From: a virus
Lineage: Duplodnaviria; Caudoviricetes
Direction: 5' to 3' (one strand)
Virus record (IMG/VR): IMGVR_UViG_3300037067_008306
Location: 977 to 64,976 of that record
DNA length: 64,000 nt
Shown: positions 1 through 10,416 of the stretch, piece by piece
Position numbering within the stretch: the stretch's first letter is position 1
How the letters are laid out: every line of letters starts with the position of its first letter
Position numbers and translations under genes: made by a program
Notes under the pieces: generated by a model
Seen by the model: only the letters and a program-made list of their open reading frames with translations
What the model was told of the DNA's origin: nothing
Database searches by the model: none

Positions 1-123
1 ACGCTGGCCTAATTCTTTATTTGCCAGGTTTATTGATTTTATTTTCTTCTGGCAGAATAATCACGTTCTCAATGCCTGGAAGAATGAACAGACTGAGTCG
101 ATAGGAAATGAAGATTTAATAAA

Positions 124-384
124 ATGAAATCAGCTCTACTTAAAATGATGTTTTATCGCCGGGGCAGATTGTTTATGCCTTATGTTTATGCTTTCATGTT
201 TCTGAAAATGATTTATATTTACATGTGGGTACGATTGCTTTCTCCTCTAGGAAGTGCAGACAAAATAAATATATCAGATGTATTGATGTCAATACTATTT
301 GCAGAAGTAATCGCTTTTATTAAAATATCCACATGGGGTCAGAAAGATATTTATTATGACGGAGAGGAAAAAAGAAATCAATGA
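124..384 (+). CDS. small membrane protein, possible holin
   Basis: 86 aa with two hydrophobic segments and a charged C-terminus (DGEEKRNQ); lies at the apparent end of the late operon. Confidence 0.4.
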   Translation: MKSALLKMMFYRRGRLFMPYVYAFMFLKMIYIYMWVRLLSPLGSADKINISDVLMSILFAEVIAFIKISTWGQKDIYYDGEEKRNQ

Positions 385-812
385 AAACTAAACATATGAT
401 AATATCCTGGCTAGGTTCAATTTTAATTGCTTCCGGAGCAACTTGGTATATTACTAAAGACTATTATAATAAACCCATTCCCGATCCCAATGATCCGGTA
501 GTAACTCCTGTAGTTTCTAAGCCTGTAGAAAGACCGAAAAACTTGGAATGTGAATTGGCAAAAGATTTTCTCTGGCATTATGATAATGATCCTTTTATCA
601 TTGAATGGAAAACATTAAAGCAGACCCGAACGGAATTGAATTTGGGAATAGAAGGGTCTCTATATCAAAGAAGTTTTTCCCAGGAAGCTACCATTCCTAT
701 TATTCAAAGTAGTTCAGGTAATTGGAAATTATATTTGGGATTCGGAATAGGAACTATAGCCACCGCGGGTGCTGTTTACGGCGGCTATAAATTATTTAAG
801 TTACTGAAGTAA
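381..812 (+). CDS. membrane protein with N- and C-terminal hydrophobic helices, possibly lysis/spanin-like
   Basis: N-terminal TM (IISWLGSILIASGATWY), Pro-rich linker, C-terminal TM (LYLGFGIGTIATAGAVYGGY); ATGA overlap with the upstream gene. Confidence 0.35.
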   Translation: MKTKHMIISWLGSILIASGATWYITKDYYNKPIPDPNDPVVTPVVSKPVERPKNLECELAKDFLWHYDNDPFIIEWKTLKQTRTELNLGIEGSLYQRSFSQEATIPIIQSSSGNWKLYLGFGIGTIATAGAVYGGYKLFKLLK

Positions 813-813
813 C

Positions 814-1092
814 TTAATTTTTAAATGTTGGTTTGAATTCTGCTCCTTTTTCTTTAGAAGTATCAAATTCAGGGACATCCATAATAGGAGATCCTGCCAC
901 TTCAAGTCTATTTATATCAAACCAGTTTTGATCTCTTAATTTTCCTTCATTATCAATTCCAGGATTTAAAAGTGCTTGATTGCATCCATATAAATCAAAA
1001 GCTATAGATGTAATCACCCCTTGAAAATTTGTAACCTTATCTTTGGCATGTCTTCCTAATAGATTAAGCTTTTCTTTTACATTTATTATCAT
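814..1092 (-). CDS. hypothetical phage protein
   Basis: 92 aa ORF with RBS (AAGGAGGA) upstream; last gene of the minus-strand arm. Confidence 0.6.
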   Translation of the reverse strand: MIINVKEKLNLLGRHAKDKVTNFQGVITSIAFDLYGCNQALLNPGIDNEGKLRDQNWFDINRLEVAGSPIMDVPEFDTSKEKGAEFKPTFKN

Positions 1093-1103
1093 ACATCCTC
1101 CTT

Positions 1104-3797
1104 TTAATTTAAAAGCTTCTTAGCTTTTTTATAATCTCCTAATTCTTTATAACATAAGGCCAGTTTAGTATTCACAGCATTGTCAGCCGGAAAACATTTC
1201 TTATATTCTTCATAGGCTTTCTTTGCTTCCGCATAATTAGCAATCTCATAATAAAGATGTCCCAGGTCTTTCAGGAAATGATTAAATTCACTCGTTCCCA
1301 CCATTGCTTCAGATACATATTTTAATCCCTCTTTTATATCATTGGGATTATCCTCAATGAGTGCCAATCCGTATTCAAATTTGATTCTGGGAAACTCCGG
1401 GAAGTCCGTATGAAGTTTCTTATAATATTTAATACTCTTATCTAGTTCCCTTTCATGGAAGTATGCAGAAGCCAATCCCCAACGGGCATCAAACTTTTCC
1501 GGGAATAATTTTTCTGCTTTCTTAAATAGCTTTATAGCTTCCGGAAATTTCTTTTCTTCCCTTCCTAGTTTTTGTCCATCTTCCATGTATCGGAGATAAT
1601 CAAAGATGTCCTGCCGTCTTTCCTCTTTAGCTTTCTTGTCTGCTTCATCTATATCTGTCTGACACATTTGTTTGGCTTTTGCAAATACATTAGAAATATT
1701 CAAATAAGGACTTTCTGGATAATTAGAAATCTTTTTACAATCTACTAACACATGTGCCCAGTTCCCGGCAGCCAGATATTTTTCAGCATCTGACAAGTCA
1801 ATCTCCTGTTCAATCATGCTTACAAATAAAGATTCATCTTTTGTTTCCTGATATGTTTCAAATATTTTTAAAACATCTTCATACATCGGAATAAGTTTTT
1901 CTGAAGCATCCCGCGCTGCTTCCATTATCATTTTACTTTTCCCGATAGCTGCTATCCGGTATTCTACATTTTTAAATAGATAATTTTCTACATACTCTTT
2001 TCTTTCTTCTACGGAATTAAACTTTCTTTTATTCACAGCATCCAGAATATATTCCTTGCTGTATATCTTTCGGCTGGCATGAAATATAGCAATCCCAACT
2101 ATAGGATTCTGCTTTGCCAGTTCATGTGCAGCATTAGCAAACTTTTCATTTAGTTTGCTTGATTCAGAAAACTCTTTTTTATCCATATCAAGACTAGTCA
2201 TTGTTTCCGCTACTTTTATTCCCTCATTACAATTGAAGATCAGTTCATTCAGGTTATGAATTTCTTTTTTGAGAAGATCAATTGTCTTAAATATTTTATC
2301 TTCATAATCCGGGGACAAAGAAAGAAAAGGATTCAAAACAGTTTTATCAATTTTCTTTTTGCAGTAAGTTTCTATATACTTTTCCAGTGTTAATAATTCT
2401 GTTCCTTTCTTTTTTGAACCACCTTCCGTGGAATCAAATATCATTTTTTCTTTATCCGTATTATGAATCATTTCATATATCTTTTCAAAGGAAGTAATAA
2501 AAGTGGCCAGGCCTACATTAGTGGGAACCATTCCCCCGAATTGATCCGGGGCATACGTGATATAACCCATGCAATGATCCTTATCTTTTAATGTACTGCG
2601 GGGATCTTTTATTTTCCACTGGATCATTCCATTCTCATCTACCTTTACAGCTCCCCCCGCATCCACCTGAGGAATATGGGATTTAAAGTCAGGGCTATAA
2701 GCCAGATCAAGGCCGATAGTTGTAATCGGGTTGCATCCAAGATGATAAGCAATACCGAATGCCAGGTGAGATACACTACCGCCAGTTTCAACACTTCCTT
2801 TATCATATAAGACCCCTGCAACCGTATTTTCCGATCCGGGACTGGGACTGACTGTAATGAATTTCGGACCCTGCCATTCTTTTAGTATCGGGGCATAAGT
2901 CCGGTTCAATGCTACTAAAGGAACATCAGTGTCCATCAGTCCGTTAAAATGCTCATAATTGACTTCCCCATAATCTACTGTACAAATAAAATCTGGTTTA
3001 ATATCATAAGCCAGTAACACTCTCAGGGCCTGAGCCACTGCCACAATAATTACTTTGTCCTGAACTTCTTTAAGCAGGTGAATATTCTTAGTAAGGCTAG
3101 GCCCTGTGTTTACTGTCACCGCTGGCTTTCCTTTGTATAAATCCTTTATGTCAGTAATGCCCCGGTGACGGATACAATAGGGAAGATTTTTAATATCATT
3201 CTCTGCTATGATTGCCCCGGCTCCCATGACTGTTCCTGTTCCACATCTTTCCTGATTCAGCATTTCTATTGTATGAGGAATTATATCCGCGTACTCTTCA
3301 CAGAGCATTGTATATTTATCGGTTAAGGTTATCCAGTTTTGAATTACAAAAATCCCATCCATTTCCCCGATAGCAATACTGACTTCATTCTTATCCGTGG
3401 CAATCATTATCCTTCCAGCTTCAATAAACTCAGTAAAATTATACCGGCAGAAAGCTTCCTGAATAAATTTCAGGACTGGTTCTACTACAATTATTTTATG
3501 TCCGAATTCTGAATTTTTTAAAATGTGGTAAGCCATGTGGCCCAGTCCCATTCCTATCAATACTGTGCATCCGTCTTTCGGGTAAATATTTTGTTTGCTT
3601 ATAGCAATGCATTCCTTCTTTGGAAACTTTAAAGGATATGCCGGGACAATTCTATTTCCTTTTTTAATCAGGAAATTATCTCCTTTTATTTCTGCCCAGT
3701 CCAGGTTCCTGGCATTTTGTATCCTGAGAAGTACTTCAGAATTGGCCCAATACTTCTTTAATGTTTCTACATTCTTTTTGAGTAGTATGTTAATCAT
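1104..3797 (-). CDS. maf: Maf-family (DUF115/MAF_flag10) nonulosonic acid glycosyltransferase with C-terminal TPR repeats
   Basis: Maf core motifs NTGPSLTKNIHLLK, IKPDFICTVD, GGSVSHLAFGIAYHLGCNPITTIGLDLAY; TPR-like helices in the last ~170 aa; downstream of pse-like genes. Confidence 0.85.
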   Translation of the reverse strand: MINILLKKNVETLKKYWANSEVLLRIQNARNLDWAEIKGDNFLIKKGNRIVPAYPLKFPKKECIAISKQNIYPKDGCTVLIGMGLGHMAYHILKNSEFGHKIIVVEPVLKFIQEAFCRYNFTEFIEAGRIMIATDKNEVSIAIGEMDGIFVIQNWITLTDKYTMLCEEYADIIPHTIEMLNQERCGTGTVMGAGAIIAENDIKNLPYCIRHRGITDIKDLYKGKPAVTVNTGPSLTKNIHLLKEVQDKVIIVAVAQALRVLLAYDIKPDFICTVDYGEVNYEHFNGLMDTDVPLVALNRTYAPILKEWQGPKFITVSPSPGSENTVAGVLYDKGSVETGGSVSHLAFGIAYHLGCNPITTIGLDLAYSPDFKSHIPQVDAGGAVKVDENGMIQWKIKDPRSTLKDKDHCMGYITYAPDQFGGMVPTNVGLATFITSFEKIYEMIHNTDKEKMIFDSTEGGSKKKGTELLTLEKYIETYCKKKIDKTVLNPFLSLSPDYEDKIFKTIDLLKKEIHNLNELIFNCNEGIKVAETMTSLDMDKKEFSESSKLNEKFANAAHELAKQNPIVGIAIFHASRKIYSKEYILDAVNKRKFNSVEERKEYVENYLFKNVEYRIAAIGKSKMIMEAARDASEKLIPMYEDVLKIFETYQETKDESLFVSMIEQEIDLSDAEKYLAAGNWAHVLVDCKKISNYPESPYLNISNVFAKAKQMCQTDIDEADKKAKEERRQDIFDYLRYMEDGQKLGREEKKFPEAIKLFKKAEKLFPEKFDARWGLASAYFHERELDKSIKYYKKLHTDFPEFPRIKFEYGLALIEDNPNDIKEGLKYVSEAMVGTSEFNHFLKDLGHLYYEIANYAEAKKAYEEYKKCFPADNAVNTKLALCYKELGDYKKAKKLLN

Positions 3798-4000
3798 TTA
3801 GCAAGCTCCTTACTTAGTTTATTTATTTCTGAATCGTTATGACAAATATCTTTGAATATTATTCTTGATTCTTCCGGGGCATATTTAAAAGCGATTTGTA
3901 AAAGATTCATCCAGGCAATATTATTTCTTGCCCTGATTTTTTGAATTTTATTTATTATCTGTTTATCTGTTTCCAATGATCCTCCATTATAGAATAACAA
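3794..4000 (-). CDS. hypothetical protein
   Basis: 68 aa ORF overlapping both neighbours (RARNNIAWMNLL). Confidence 0.5.
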   Translation of the reverse strand: MLFYNGGSLETDKQIINKIQKIRARNNIAWMNLLQIAFKYAPEESRIIFKDICHNDSEINKLSKELAK

Positions 4001-4545
4001 TTTATATTTCTATATTTTCCATTTAAGAAAATCCCATCATAGAAGATTCCCTCTAAAGTCATTCCGAGTTTCATACAAAGTTTATTCATACCTTCATTAC
4101 TGGATGCCGTTCCTGTCCAGATGCGGTGTAGGTTCAATTTATCAAATCCATGCTTGAATAGTATTGTTAAAGCCTCAAATCCAATACCGGATTTCCAATA
4201 ATCTTTTTCTCCGATAATGATTGCAAATTCGGCACTTCGATATATCCAATTGATTCTTTGTAGGGAAATATTTCCTATGTGCTGTTCCCAATACCTTTTT
4301 CGCTTTTTATCTACATATTCTATTTTTTTATAAACTATCCCCCAAACAATATCTTCTTTCCCTGATTCACACATATCAAGATACTTTTCAAATCTTTCTT
4401 TTCCATAAGGGAAAAGACCATGTGAATTATACCGGGTTACTTCAGAATCATAAAACCATTTTTTATATTTGGATTCTGTTTCCTGAATCAGTTCCCGGTT
4501 GAACGGTACTAGAATAAATCTTTCTGTTTCATAAATTATTTGCAT
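3955..4545 (-). CDS. GNAT (RimJ/RimL-type) N-acetyltransferase, PseH-like
   Basis: HIGNISLQRINWIYRSAEFAIIIGEKDYWKSGIG and LNLHRIWTGTASSNEGM are RimL-type motifs; adjacent to pseB. Confidence 0.8.
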   Translation of the reverse strand: MQIIYETERFILVPFNRELIQETESKYKKWFYDSEVTRYNSHGLFPYGKERFEKYLDMCESGKEDIVWGIVYKKIEYVDKKRKRYWEQHIGNISLQRINWIYRSAEFAIIIGEKDYWKSGIGFEALTILFKHGFDKLNLHRIWTGTASSNEGMNKLCMKLGMTLEGIFYDGIFLNGKYRNINCYSIMEDHWKQINR

Positions 4546-5494
4546 GTATTAACTCCTTTATTTCTTCTTTAGTTAATTGCCACTCATTAGTATCTGTATA
4601 ATATGCCCAATTATTAAACTTTGTTTTTGCTTCATCTAAAGGGGATAATACATAGTAGTAATTATTATCAGCAAGAAATCTACTCTCTTCAAAAGTTATT
4701 AAGCACTCATGAACTTTTTCTCCTTTACGAATTCCCGTTAATAGTATTTCAGCTTCCGGCGCGACCACCTGAGCAATATCAAATACTTTAGCAGTCGGCA
4801 TTTTAGGAATAAATATTGAACCAGCTTCTCTTCCGTTAAATGTAAATCTCTCAATAATAAATCTCGCAACTGCATCAAGAGTAATCCAGAAGCGTGTCAT
4901 TTTTCCGTCTGTCAGGGTGATCATTCCTGACTTGGCCTGTTCCCGGAAAAGCGGAATGATACTGCCCCGGCTGCCTAGTACATTTCCATATCTACATACA
5001 TTAAACTTTGTTCCATTGTTTCCTGAATAAGTATTTCCATATATGAAAAGACTTTCGGCAACTGCTTTTGTCTTACCGTAAAGATTCACTGGATAGACAG
5101 CCTTGTCCGTACTTACATGCATACAGGCTTGTACTCCGTTATCTATACAGGCATTTATTAAATTCTTAGCTCCGATTATATTTGTCTCAATCGCCTCAAA
5201 GGGATTAGATTCACAGGACGGAACCTGCTTCATAGCAGCGCAGTTTATTACTATATCTACGTGCTGACAGGCTCTTTCAAGTCGTTCTTTATCCCGTACA
5301 TCACCGAGTAGAAAAGCAATCGGAATATTAGTGTTCCATTTCTTAATCTCATTCTGTAATTCCCATTGTTTTAATTCATCCCGGCTAAATATGCGTATTC
5401 CTTTTGGTTGATATTCAGTAGCCAATATTTTTAAAAGGGTTTTTCCAAGGCTTCCTGTCCCACCCGTAATTAAAATTTCCTTCCCGTTAAGCAT
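4529..5494 (-). CDS. pseB: UDP-N-acetylglucosamine 4,6-dehydratase (inverting)
   Basis: ITGGTGSLG, FSRDELKQ, AAMKQVPSCE.NP.E, STDKAVYPVNLYGKTK and RYGNVLGSRGS are PseB/FlaA1 signatures. Confidence 0.9.
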   Translation of the reverse strand: MLNGKEILITGGTGSLGKTLLKILATEYQPKGIRIFSRDELKQWELQNEIKKWNTNIPIAFLLGDVRDKERLERACQHVDIVINCAAMKQVPSCESNPFEAIETNIIGAKNLINACIDNGVQACMHVSTDKAVYPVNLYGKTKAVAESLFIYGNTYSGNNGTKFNVCRYGNVLGSRGSIIPLFREQAKSGMITLTDGKMTRFWITLDAVARFIIERFTFNGREAGSIFIPKMPTAKVFDIAQVVAPEAEILLTGIRKGEKVHECLITFEESRFLADNNYYYVLSPLDEAKTKFNNWAYYTDTNEWQLTKEEIKELIHANNL

Positions 5495-6140
5495 AATATA
5501 TTATCTCCTTAGCAAATAATAATTCTTTTTTCATTTCCTCTATACTTTCAAAAGTAGCTTCCAGAATAATAGGATACTTTTTCAAATTCAGATTAAATCG
5601 AAAACAATCTTTATAATGCATAGGAATATGTTTTTTAACCGGATCATATCCTGAGAAATGAATCTGTTCAATTTGTCTTTCATACTTTTTGAAATATTCA
5701 AAAGCTCTTCCGGGAAGAGATAAGGCATGAGCTATATCAAAACATACAGCATCAGAATTTAAAAAAGGATATTCATGACCTTCTATATTTTCAAATAAAA
5801 GGCTTTTCCAATATTTTTTTATAAAGTCCTCAGTCAGAATTCTTTTTTTATCAATGTGGCAGATAAATTTATTTATGAAAGGAAGTTGCTTTATTACTTT
5901 CATTGTATCTGTATGGCATTGGGTCAGGTGATAGCTTAGATACTTCATTCCACAAAGCCATTTATAATTCTCTTTGGAAAGCTGAAAATGTTCTTCCTGC
6001 TCCGGGGTCATTACTAATTCTAAGGCATTAAAATATCCGATTTCCTTTTGATAATTCCGCCACCATGTTATATAATTATCAGCGGCAACAGGTGTTCCAG
6101 ATACTTTCCAACAGCTTCCGATACTGAATCCTATTTGCAT
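5487..6140 (-). CDS. TIM-barrel metalloenzyme (xylose isomerase/AP endonuclease 2-like)
   Basis: ENI..., CFDIAHA, QIHFSG, IILEA metal-ligand pattern. Confidence 0.6.
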   Translation of the reverse strand: MQIGFSIGSCWKVSGTPVAADNYITWWRNYQKEIGYFNALELVMTPEQEEHFQLSKENYKWLCGMKYLSYHLTQCHTDTMKVIKQLPFINKFICHIDKKRILTEDFIKKYWKSLLFENIEGHEYPFLNSDAVCFDIAHALSLPGRAFEYFKKYERQIEQIHFSGYDPVKKHIPMHYKDCFRFNLNLKKYPIILEATFESIEEMKKELLFAKEIIYYA

Positions 6141-6961
6141 GGTTCAGCCTCCAGTTTAGTAGCCTGTATTTTATTATTTATTTTTAACAATTCCGGATTC
6201 TCCTGAAGGTAATTTATTACTTCATCATAATGAAAATGTATTCCTTCAAAATGTTTATATATTTCTGTAATCACTTTCAGGTCTTCCAGGGTGTCTAGAG
6301 TCAATCGCCATTCCGGAAAATAATGTTCCGGCTTTGCCTGCATATTTATTATCCGGGGTTTGGGATTTAGATTTTCCCGACAATGCCAGATATTCCAGCC
6401 TGTCCAGTAGGGCTTCCAATACAGTCCGTGCATATAAGTTTCCCCATATACTTCTGTTGTATATACCTGAATATCAAAACCGTCAGGAAAAGATCGAGTA
6501 ATACAATTCGCGGAATAGTCAGCTTTATAATACATTAAATCTTCAATCAATCTGTCCGCGAGAAAGGGATCAAAGAGAGAACAGCAATGGCTTATATCAA
6601 CTATAATATCTATGTTGAAAGTATGAGCAGCATTTAAGGTTCTCTGAAAAATATTATTATGATTTCCAGAATACATATTAACTTTAGTATTCCTGTCTTC
6701 ATTATGTATTGTACTATACCAATTTAATATCTCTGCACAATCACCTTCCGACACAGCAAGAATAATTTTCTTTATATATTTTGATTGATTTGCTCTTTCA
6801 ATAATTCTTTCCAGGTTAGATTTTCCATTTATATCAATCAATACTTTTCCCGGCAGCCGTTCACTGTGATAGCGGGTAGGGATTATTAGTCCAATATTAG
6901 GATTAGATTTCATTATATATTTCCTCCAGTTGTTTAGGTGTACGTGCAAAGGTCCCGGCAT
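6131..6961 (-). CDS. SpsF/PseF-like cytidylyltransferase (copy 2); true start probably MKSNP
   Basis: IIPTRYHSERLPGKVL, DYSANCITRSFPDGFDIQV, RLTLDTLEDL. Confidence 0.8.
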   Translation of the reverse strand: MPGPLHVHLNNWRKYIMKSNPNIGLIIPTRYHSERLPGKVLIDINGKSNLERIIERANQSKYIKKIILAVSEGDCAEILNWYSTIHNEDRNTKVNMYSGNHNNIFQRTLNAAHTFNIDIIVDISHCCSLFDPFLADRLIEDLMYYKADYSANCITRSFPDGFDIQVYTTEVYGETYMHGLYWKPYWTGWNIWHCRENLNPKPRIINMQAKPEHYFPEWRLTLDTLEDLKVITEIYKHFEGIHFHYDEVINYLQENPELLKINNKIQATKLEAEPCK

Positions 6962-7625
6962 CGGGGCCTGTAGAATCCTCTAACTTAAAATGGCATTCGT
7001 AAGCAACTGGTTTATATTTCTGGTATAAATCCCAGTTGGTTGTATGATCTGAAATACCTTTTTTTAATTCTTGTTTATAGTGATGATGAGAAGGGTTTTC
7101 TCTTTCTTTATAAAATTCTTTTTCATATTGTTTTAAGTAAGCAGGATAATGAGATACACAACATAAAATAATATTATTTTTAATTTTATTCCAATTTCTT
7201 TTGTATGTAAAAGGATCATTTTCATCTACTCTTTTTTTAGTAAAATCAAAGCCTGTAATAAAAGGTTTTGTTACATCCCAACTTATTATCACAGGAATTT
7301 TTCTAGGCACTTCCCCGATCAGCCAATATAAATCCGGTCTGTTAGCAATCTTAATAAATGGAACATCATAATTTAAAAGAAATTTTAAAGACTCGAGATC
7401 AAAGACAGAAGCTGTTGTTTTGTATCCGAGTTCCTTTGCATGATTATAAATATAATCAAAGGCTTCCCATTCTAAAGGAATATTATCCCCTGCCTGTTTA
7501 AAGAGTTGCCACTTGATTATAAATTTTCTTTTGGGATCAATTTGAGAAAGACAATTAACCATATGTTCCATGTAAGAAATATTATTCTTTCCCGTGTTGC
7601 CTGAACCGAAATCTAAAATAAACAT
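6903..7625 (-). CDS. NeuB/PseI-like nonulosonic acid synthase, divergent, lacking the C-terminal AFP-like domain
   Basis: KWQLF, ASVFDLESL, FIKIA, CVSHYPA, GISDHT, ECHFKL, GPD match the NeuB barrel; only 240 aa. Confidence 0.75.
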   Translation of the reverse strand: MFILDFGSGNTGKNNISYMEHMVNCLSQIDPKRKFIIKWQLFKQAGDNIPLEWEAFDYIYNHAKELGYKTTASVFDLESLKFLLNYDVPFIKIANRPDLYWLIGEVPRKIPVIISWDVTKPFITGFDFTKKRVDENDPFTYKRNWNKIKNNIILCCVSHYPAYLKQYEKEFYKERENPSHHHYKQELKKGISDHTTNWDLYQKYKPVAYECHFKLEDSTGPDAGTFARTPKQLEEIYNEI

Positions 7626-7969
7626 TATTGGATCTCCTTTTTACATTCTGACAATTCCCATTCTCTAACTATCTTTTCTTCATATAAAGAATTATTTGTA
7701 GTGGCATTTCCCCCATGTCCTATTCCTGTACTTCCCCCAATAGCAATTTGAATTTCTGATTTTTTATCATTTGCAAAATTCACCATATACCAAAATTGAG
7801 GTGTGTTATCATCAGCCCATGCATCAACATTATTATGAACAAAAGAAATAATTCCTTTTCTCCCATCCAATTTCATACAAACAATATCTCCAACTTTATA
7901 TTTAGCTGGAATAGTTCTTTCACAACTTAGAAAAGATAATAAAATAATTAAGAATATAAATTTTCTCAT
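7625..7969 (-). CDS. predicted lipoprotein/secreted hypothetical protein
   Basis: MRKFIFLIILLSFLSC signal with lipobox-like Cys; very AT-rich, no CCGG. Confidence 0.5.
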   Translation of the reverse strand: MRKFIFLIILLSFLSCERTIPAKYKVGDIVCMKLDGRKGIISFVHNNVDAWADDNTPQFWYMVNFANDKKSEIQIAIGGSTGIGHGGNATTNNSLYEEKIVREWELSECKKEIQ

Positions 7970-9270
7970 ATCAATTCCTCCCGGTTCTCAAAGACCTTAT
8001 AAAAAGCATCTGATATATCTTTTCTGTCCTGATCGTTAAGATCAAGACCGTTAAGCGTCCATAGAAACAAATCCTCTTTCCACAGCCTTTCAGCTACTGG
8101 GCAAGGCATTGCATTATAGTTATGATCCTTTAATGCCCAGTGTTTTCTATTCTGAAATAAAGGCATTTTATAAAGAGGCTTAATATATCCGCAACCTATG
8201 GGCACTCCCAAATCCACCCGACCTTCCTGCGGTTTAAGCTCCGCTTTCACCGCCTGGATAAATTTATCCCTATGTATTCCATCCATCATATCAGAATTAT
8301 AAAAGAAAGCCTGAACATAAAAAGAATGAATACATCCCGTGCGAATCGGGGCGGGAGTAATTCCCGGAATCTTGCCTAATTCATTCATAAAATAAAAAGC
8401 ATTAGCCTGTCTTCTGTAAACAAATTCAGGAAGCTTTTTTAATTGTTCCATGAGAATAACTGCCTGTAATTCCGTTAAGCGCATATTAAATCCAATCATG
8501 TTTTCTACATCTGTATACATATCATTATTCATATCGGAAATAACAGCCTCAGCATGATTCCTTAATAGCTGAAGATTTGTTTTATATTCTGAATCAATAG
8601 ATACGGCCATGCCCCCTTCCCCGGCTGTCAAGTGTTTTCCCTGCGTAAAGCTGAAGCATCCTATATGTCCTAGAAAGCCAGCCGGAATATTTTTATAATA
8701 AGATCCTATTGCCTGAGCGGCATCTTCTATAATTATCAGGTGATGCTTTTTAGCAATCTCAAGAATTTCTTCTGCAAAGGGCTGTCCGAATAGATCGACT
8801 ACTATTATGGCTTTGGTCTTTTCTGTTATTCTTTGTTCAATAGAAATTGGATCAAGACAGAAATACAGAGGCTCAATGTCTGCAAATACCGGGGTTGCTC
8901 CGTATATTATCGGGGCTGTAGCTGAGCAGGACATGCTCCACGGAGTTACAATGACCTCATCCCCCGGCTGCAATCCTATCGCGCCACAGGCGAGCTGTAA
9001 TGCAGATGTACAGCTGTTTACTGATATAGCTTCCCATCCATCCTTTTTCTTAAATACATTTTTAAACATATCCTCAAACTGTCGGACATAATGACCACCA
9101 TAAAAGGCTTCCGAGCTATTCCCCCGGAATCCGGAAAGCGGTTGATGATTTCCAACTACCTTTTTCATTAAGGATTCTACAGCATCCTTTTCCTCTTTTC
9201 CTATTGTTACCTGAGCAGGTAATAAACCATTGCGGATAGGTATTCCCCCATTGATGGCTAATTTGTTCAT
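7966..9270 (-). CDS. DegT/DnrJ/EryC1/StrS PLP aminotransferase, PseC-like
   Basis: NSCTSAL, IIEDAAQAIG, FSFTQGKHLTAGEGG, GFNMRLTELQA. Confidence 0.9.
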   Translation of the reverse strand: MNKLAINGGIPIRNGLLPAQVTIGKEEKDAVESLMKKVVGNHQPLSGFRGNSSEAFYGGHYVRQFEDMFKNVFKKKDGWEAISVNSCTSALQLACGAIGLQPGDEVIVTPWSMSCSATAPIIYGATPVFADIEPLYFCLDPISIEQRITEKTKAIIVVDLFGQPFAEEILEIAKKHHLIIIEDAAQAIGSYYKNIPAGFLGHIGCFSFTQGKHLTAGEGGMAVSIDSEYKTNLQLLRNHAEAVISDMNNDMYTDVENMIGFNMRLTELQAVILMEQLKKLPEFVYRRQANAFYFMNELGKIPGITPAPIRTGCIHSFYVQAFFYNSDMMDGIHRDKFIQAVKAELKPQEGRVDLGVPIGCGYIKPLYKMPLFQNRKHWALKDHNYNAMPCPVAERLWKEDLFLWTLNGLDLNDQDRKDISDAFYKVFENREELI

Positions 9271-9272
9271 TG

Positions 9273-10277
9273 CTATTCTCCTTTTAAGTGTTCTATTATT
9301 TTATGTACTTGTAAAGCGTCTTCAGGTTTGCATAAACTATTATTAAAATAATTCATTAAAGTTGGTGATAAAAGATATGATAAAACATTTTGTAATAAAT
9401 ATTCCAATGATCTATTCAATTGGGTCTTTGTTCTGCTTTCCATATCCTTAGAAAGAATTTTAAATCCACCCCAGATCGGTTCCTCAATCAGCGGATAAAA
9501 ATCAATATACATTCCGTGCTGACTTAATATTATTTTTCCTTTTTCGGTCATTATTTCAAGCTGAAATACTTTATATTGTCTCCCATCGCAGGGGGAAAGA
9601 AAAATATGATGGCAACTTTTAAAAGATAGATAAGCAGCATAAGTTGAATCATTTTTATCTCTGTCAGGTATGCCGTGACCAGGTTGCTCTATATGACCCC
9701 CTTCATATTCTCCAAATAGGAATCTGCATAAATCAATCCCATGACACATCTCGTGGCGAAGGCCTCGCGTGTAGTGGAAGGTTGCAGAATATATTTTTCC
9801 ATATTTCTCATTATCAATATCCTTTTTAAGTTGCTGAATTTCCGGGACATATCGCCGTGGATAATTTATGATAATAGGGATATTTGCTTTCTTATATGCT
9901 TCAATAACTTCTTCAGCTTCCTTTGAGTTACTACAGAAAGGCTTTTCAGCTATGACGATTTTGGGATTTACTTCATATTGTAAAATATCAAGTAAGACTT
10001 CTTTATGTGTTTCAGTTGGGGTACAAATAGATACAATATCAATTTGTTCTTTTTCCCAGTCAATGTCCGTAAAATCTAAGTCCCATTTACATTTCCATTT
10101 ATTACTCGCAGAAACAGACCGTTCTATAATTTTATCAAATATTCCTACTAACTCAACTTCAGGATGATTATGATACATATGAGCATGAGTCAGTATATTC
10201 TCTCCGCCGGGAGAATCATATTTATCTTCTTTTATTGCCCCAATACTGCCCGCACCTATTACAATTGCTTTATACAT
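9273..10277 (-). CDS. Gfo/Idh/MocA NAD(P)-dependent oxidoreductase
   Basis: IGAGSIG Rossmann motif, ICTPTETH, AEKP, NYPRRY. Confidence 0.85.
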   Translation of the reverse strand: MYKAIVIGAGSIGAIKEDKYDSPGGENILTHAHMYHNHPEVELVGIFDKIIERSVSASNKWKCKWDLDFTDIDWEKEQIDIVSICTPTETHKEVLLDILQYEVNPKIVIAEKPFCSNSKEAEEVIEAYKKANIPIIINYPRRYVPEIQQLKKDIDNEKYGKIYSATFHYTRGLRHEMCHGIDLCRFLFGEYEGGHIEQPGHGIPDRDKNDSTYAAYLSFKSCHHIFLSPCDGRQYKVFQLEIMTEKGKIILSQHGMYIDFYPLIEEPIWGGFKILSKDMESRTKTQLNRSLEYLLQNVLSYLLSPTLMNYFNNSLCKPEDALQVHKIIEHLKGE

Positions 10278-10416
10278 TTTTATTCCTTTTATCTAAAATA
10301 TTATTTATTTTAGTCACTATATTCAAACATTCATTTCTTAATTCATATAAATCTTCTTTTGTTAAAAGTTCCAAATCAGGATAGGTTAAAAGTTTTTTGA
10401 TTTTAATATCATCCAT

